Positions 61,280-64,000 of a DNA stretch of 64,000 bases are shown here, piece after piece; position 1 is the first letter of the stretch; every line of letters begins with the position of its first letter. Location: the NCBI GenBank assembly GCA_050506795.1, contig JBJHCF010000017.1, forward strand, positions 26,919 through 90,918. Reading direction: 5' to 3'. Under the pieces are notes generated by a model. That model ran no database searches, was not told the origin of the DNA, and saw nothing but the letters and a program-made list of their open reading frames with translations. Made by a program: the position numbers and the translations under genes. This stretch comes from Opitutia bacterium (lineage in GTDB: Bacteria; Verrucomicrobiota; Verrucomicrobiia; Opitutales; T3Sed10-336).

Positions 61280-62206
61280 TTAAACTCCCACGGTGCGCAG
61301 GGTGTCCTGGAGGGCGCGGGCGGAGTTTTGCAGGCCGAGTTGTTCTTTGGGCCAGAGTTTGATTTCGACTTGGTCGAGTACGCCTTTTCGTCCGACGACC
61401 GTCGGTACGCTCAGGCAGACGTCGCGAATGCCGTAGGCCCCGTGTTGGAGCGAGGAGACGGGTTGCAGGCGCTTCTGGTCGAGGGCGATGGCGTGCACGG
61501 TGTCGCGGATGGTGACCCCGACCGCCCAGCCGGCGCCGCCTTTGCGCTTGATGACTTCGGCGCCGCTGCCGCGGGTGCGGGCGAAAACCTGGTTTTGGAA
61601 ATTCGGGGTGCAGGCGGGAAGGCCCTCCAGCGGAAAGCCGTTGACCGCGGCGCTGGACCAGATCGGCACCATGGAGTCGCCGTGTTCTCCGAGAATGAGA
61701 GCGCGGACCTGGGTTGGGGCCAGGTTGAGTTCCTCGGCGATGAAGGAACAGAAGCGGCAGGTGTCGAGCTGGGTGCCGAGTCCGAGCACTTGTTGCCAGG
61801 GCAGGCCGAGGCGGCGGGTGGCGATCTGGGTGAGGATGTCGACGGGATTGGAGACCACGAACACGATGGCGTCGTCGCGCAGACCCGCCGTTACCATGCT
61901 GTCGAGGATCTGGTTGAAAAGGGAAACGTTGCGGTTGATCAGGTCGAGACGGGATTCGTCCGGCTTGCGGCGCAGGCCGGCCGTGATGATAAAAATATCG
62001 CTGTCGGCCGCCCGCTCGTAGTCGCCGGCGTAGATGCGCTGGTCGCTGGTGAAAGCCGAGCCGTGGAGCAGATCGAGCGCCTCGCCCTCGGCCATATCCA
62101 CGTTGGCGTCGAGTATTTGAATTTCAGATACGACTCCCTCGCACTGCAGGGCGAACGCCGCACAGGATCCGACGCGCCCGCCCCCTCCGATGATTGTAGT
62201 CTTCAT
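61280..62206 (-). CDS. Lactate/malate dehydrogenase family protein (BMC locus)
   Basis: IIGGGGRVG, TAGLRRKPDESRLDL, VSNPVD, ILGEHGDS. Confidence 0.92.
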   Translation of the reverse strand: MKTTIIGGGGRVGSCAAFALQCEGVVSEIQILDANVDMAEGEALDLLHGSAFTSDQRIYAGDYERAADSDIFIITAGLRRKPDESRLDLINRNVSLFNQILDSMVTAGLRDDAIVFVVSNPVDILTQIATRRLGLPWQQVLGLGTQLDTCRFCSFIAEELNLAPTQVRALILGEHGDSMVPIWSSAAVNGFPLEGLPACTPNFQNQVFARTRGSGAEVIKRKGGAGWAVGVTIRDTVHAIALDQKRLQPVSSLQHGAYGIRDVCLSVPTVVGRKGVLDQVEIKLWPKEQLGLQNSARALQDTLRTVGV

Positions 62207-62273
62207 AATGCTCTTAAAGGTTGATGGGTTTCACGGATTGAACCGGTTCTTGCCGATCGTCGTAAAGGTCCTG

Positions 62274-62380
62274 TCTCACACGGAGGCACGGAGAAACGGA
62301 GGTATTAACGGGAAAATTGAAATCAAAAAGAATGGCATCTCTCATGCATTTTCTCCGTGTCTTTGTGTCTCCGTGTGAGA
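62274..62380. repeat. Inverted-repeat element of 8-nt CACGGAG(G/A) units around an AT-rich core
   Basis: tctcacacggaggcacggagaaacggag ... ctccgtgtctttgtgtctccgtgtgaga. Confidence 0.8.
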
Positions 62381-62415
62381 ATTCTTCCTGGGTGTTGTTA
62401 GGGTTTCTGAGACTA

Positions 62416-62550
62416 GAGTCCTGAAACCGGAAAAGTTGTTGTAGTAGAGTCAAGTTTTACGATTGCCGAAGGAAAAAGTAGCTCACGCTTCCAGCGTGAA
62501 TTCGCACGCAAGATGCGTGCACTACTTCGCGTCTGAGGCTTCGCCTCGCT
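62416..62550 (-). repeat. REP-doublet (REPIN-like) dispersed element, copy 2
   Basis: agtagctcacgcttccagcgtgaa-ttcgcacgcaagatgcgtgcactact (62477-62526) plus flanks homologous to 55077-55226. Confidence 0.8.
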
Positions 62551-62553
62551 GGG

Positions 62554-63639
62554 TTAACGTCTCATTTCCTTTTCGATCATTTCGGTGATGGCGCGGACCA
62601 TCTCTTCGGCTTCGGGGTCGGACGCGGCGATGGACGAACCGTTGCTCCCGGAGACCGGGGCGCCGGGGACGGAGCAGGTGACGCCGGGGCGAAACTCGAT
62701 GTTATCGCAGAGTTCACACTCCTTGAGGTCGGCCCGTTTGTCGTCCATTCCGAGACTCTGGCGGATGCGGATGAGGTCGTGGAGTTTGTCCGTGCCGAAG
62801 GTCTTGAGTCCGTTGCCCAGTTGCGAAGCCACCCAAATGGTTTTGCAGTAGGCGTCGGTGTTTTCCATTTTCCAGTAGGCGTCCTCGATGTCCTTGCCCC
62901 AGGTGATCACGCCGTGGTTTTCCATGATAATGGACTGGTGGTTGATTCCCATCTCGCCGACCACGCGGGCGTTTTCCGGCGTGCCGGGTGTTTCGTACGG
63001 AGCGAGGCCGATCTCGCCCAGAAAAACTTCCGCTTCCGGGATCATGCAGGTGGGCGGTTTGACCGAAGCGACGGCGAAGGCGGTGGCGTGCGGCGGGTGG
63101 GCGTGCACGCAGCTCTTGGCTTTCGGCTGACGCTTCATGATGCCGAGGTGCGTATTCACTTCGCTGGTGCGTTTCAAGGTGCCGGCCAACTGGTTGCCGT
63201 CGATATCGACCAGGCAGATGTCCTCCGGTTTCATGAAGCCTTTGGAAATCAAGGTCGGGGTGCAGAGGACGAGGTTGTCGCCCACGCGCACGGTCAGATT
63301 GCCGCCGTTGCCGTCAACGTAGTCCTTTTCCCAGATCCGGCGTCCGATGTCGCACATGCGTTTTTTCAGTTGCTGGATTTCAGGCGAATTGAAAAAGCGT
63401 TGGATGTCCTGAGGCGTCTTCGGATCGGCGCCGGGCTTCCAGTGGTATTCGTAGTCGGGAATGACCGGTTCGACCGCGGCGGCCGACACCGTCTTGGCGC
63501 CGGGCTTGACGGATGCCGGGACGGTGGCCAGGAAGTCGCGGGCGGACGGCGTGAGCAGCGCGTCGGCCGGGATGCGGTTCGGGTCCTCGCCCCGCTTGAT
63601 CATGTCCCTGAGATCTTTTTCAGTGATGATGGTTCTCAT
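62554..63639 (-). CDS. Class II aldolase (fuculose/rhamnulose-1-P-like), BMC signature enzyme with C-terminal encapsulation peptide
   Basis: GNGGNLTVR, TPTLISKG, TSEVNTH, VHAHPPHA, MENHG; linker followed by AEEMVRAITEMIEKEM. Confidence 0.9.
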   Translation of the reverse strand: MRTIITEKDLRDMIKRGEDPNRIPADALLTPSARDFLATVPASVKPGAKTVSAAAVEPVIPDYEYHWKPGADPKTPQDIQRFFNSPEIQQLKKRMCDIGRRIWEKDYVDGNGGNLTVRVGDNLVLCTPTLISKGFMKPEDICLVDIDGNQLAGTLKRTSEVNTHLGIMKRQPKAKSCVHAHPPHATAFAVASVKPPTCMIPEAEVFLGEIGLAPYETPGTPENARVVGEMGINHQSIIMENHGVITWGKDIEDAYWKMENTDAYCKTIWVASQLGNGLKTFGTDKLHDLIRIRQSLGMDDKRADLKECELCDNIEFRPGVTCSVPGAPVSGSNGSSIAASDPEAEEMVRAITEMIEKEMRR

Positions 63640-63941
63640 GGTTGAGGTTGGTAATGAATGGTGTCCACCAGCACGCCGCTGATGGCGTCGATGGCGATCG
63701 GGGGATCGAACGGCGAGGCCGCCTCACGGCCTTCGATGAATCCGACGGTGTCACCCACGCCGGCTCCCAGGCTGTCATAGATCACCACGCTGGGTTCGGT
63801 GCTGAGTTTATTGTCGGCCGAGTAAGCGTCGGTGGGCAGGAAATCGCGGTTGTAGGGTGTGACCACCAGCCAGCGGGCTCCCGCGAATTCGGGGGAGCTT
63901 TTGCCCAGGGTGACCCTGCCTATGACTTTTCCGAGACGCAT
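63636..63941 (-). CDS. EutN/CcmL family BMC vertex (pentamer) protein
   Basis: MRLGKVIGRV, D.LGAGVGD.V, GREA, IDA...VD. Confidence 0.92.
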   Translation of the reverse strand: MRLGKVIGRVTLGKSSPEFAGARWLVVTPYNRDFLPTDAYSADNKLSTEPSVVIYDSLGAGVGDTVGFIEGREAASPFDPPIAIDAISGVLVDTIHYQPQP

Positions 63942-63948
63942 GGTTAAG

Positions 63949-63983
63949 AGGGGCGAGGGGCGTGGGGCGAGGGACGAGGGGCG
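63949..63983 (+). repeat. Heptamer tandem repeat (AGGGGCG)x5, imperfect
   Basis: aggggcg aggggcg tggggcg agggacg aggggcg. Confidence 0.8.
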
Positions 63984-64000
63984 GAAGAGGAGGAAGAGGA

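Overview
High-GC bacterial chromosome segment, most likely from a Verrucomicrobiota (Opitutales-like) organism. This is inferred from an IPEPSTYAAIFG-type PEP-CTERM protein and the 3' end of a Planctomycete/Verrucomicrobia-type microcompartment (BMC) locus (EutN/CcmL, class II aldolase, lactate/malate dehydrogenase). There are about 45 CDS. Most are housekeeping or envelope genes: hemW, pckG, hflKC, dGTPase, rluD, gltBD, lemA with an M48 protease, a TPR-ExbB-ExbD module and a SNF2 helicase. The window also has signalling proteins (PAS-PP2C, three histidine kinases, a BlaI/M56 pair with a perfect operator), glycan-related genes (GH2, DUF5107, PEP-CTERM) and a sarcosine/dimethylglycine methyltransferase suggesting salt adaptation. 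I saw no tRNA, rRNA, CRISPR, integrase or transposase. Best candidates for a second look: (i) an orphan FabF-like ketosynthase with a catalytic His->Asn change upstream of two kinases; (ii) an hpf-rnk-Zn-ribbon module with a long structured leader and a 58-aa gene missing from the ORF track; (iii) several dispersed non-coding repeat families, including a REPIN-like element in two copies and a 24-nt unit inserted into two different host repeats; (iv) a possibly structured leader in front of the betaine methyltransferase. All calls are by-eye motif recognition; no searches were run.
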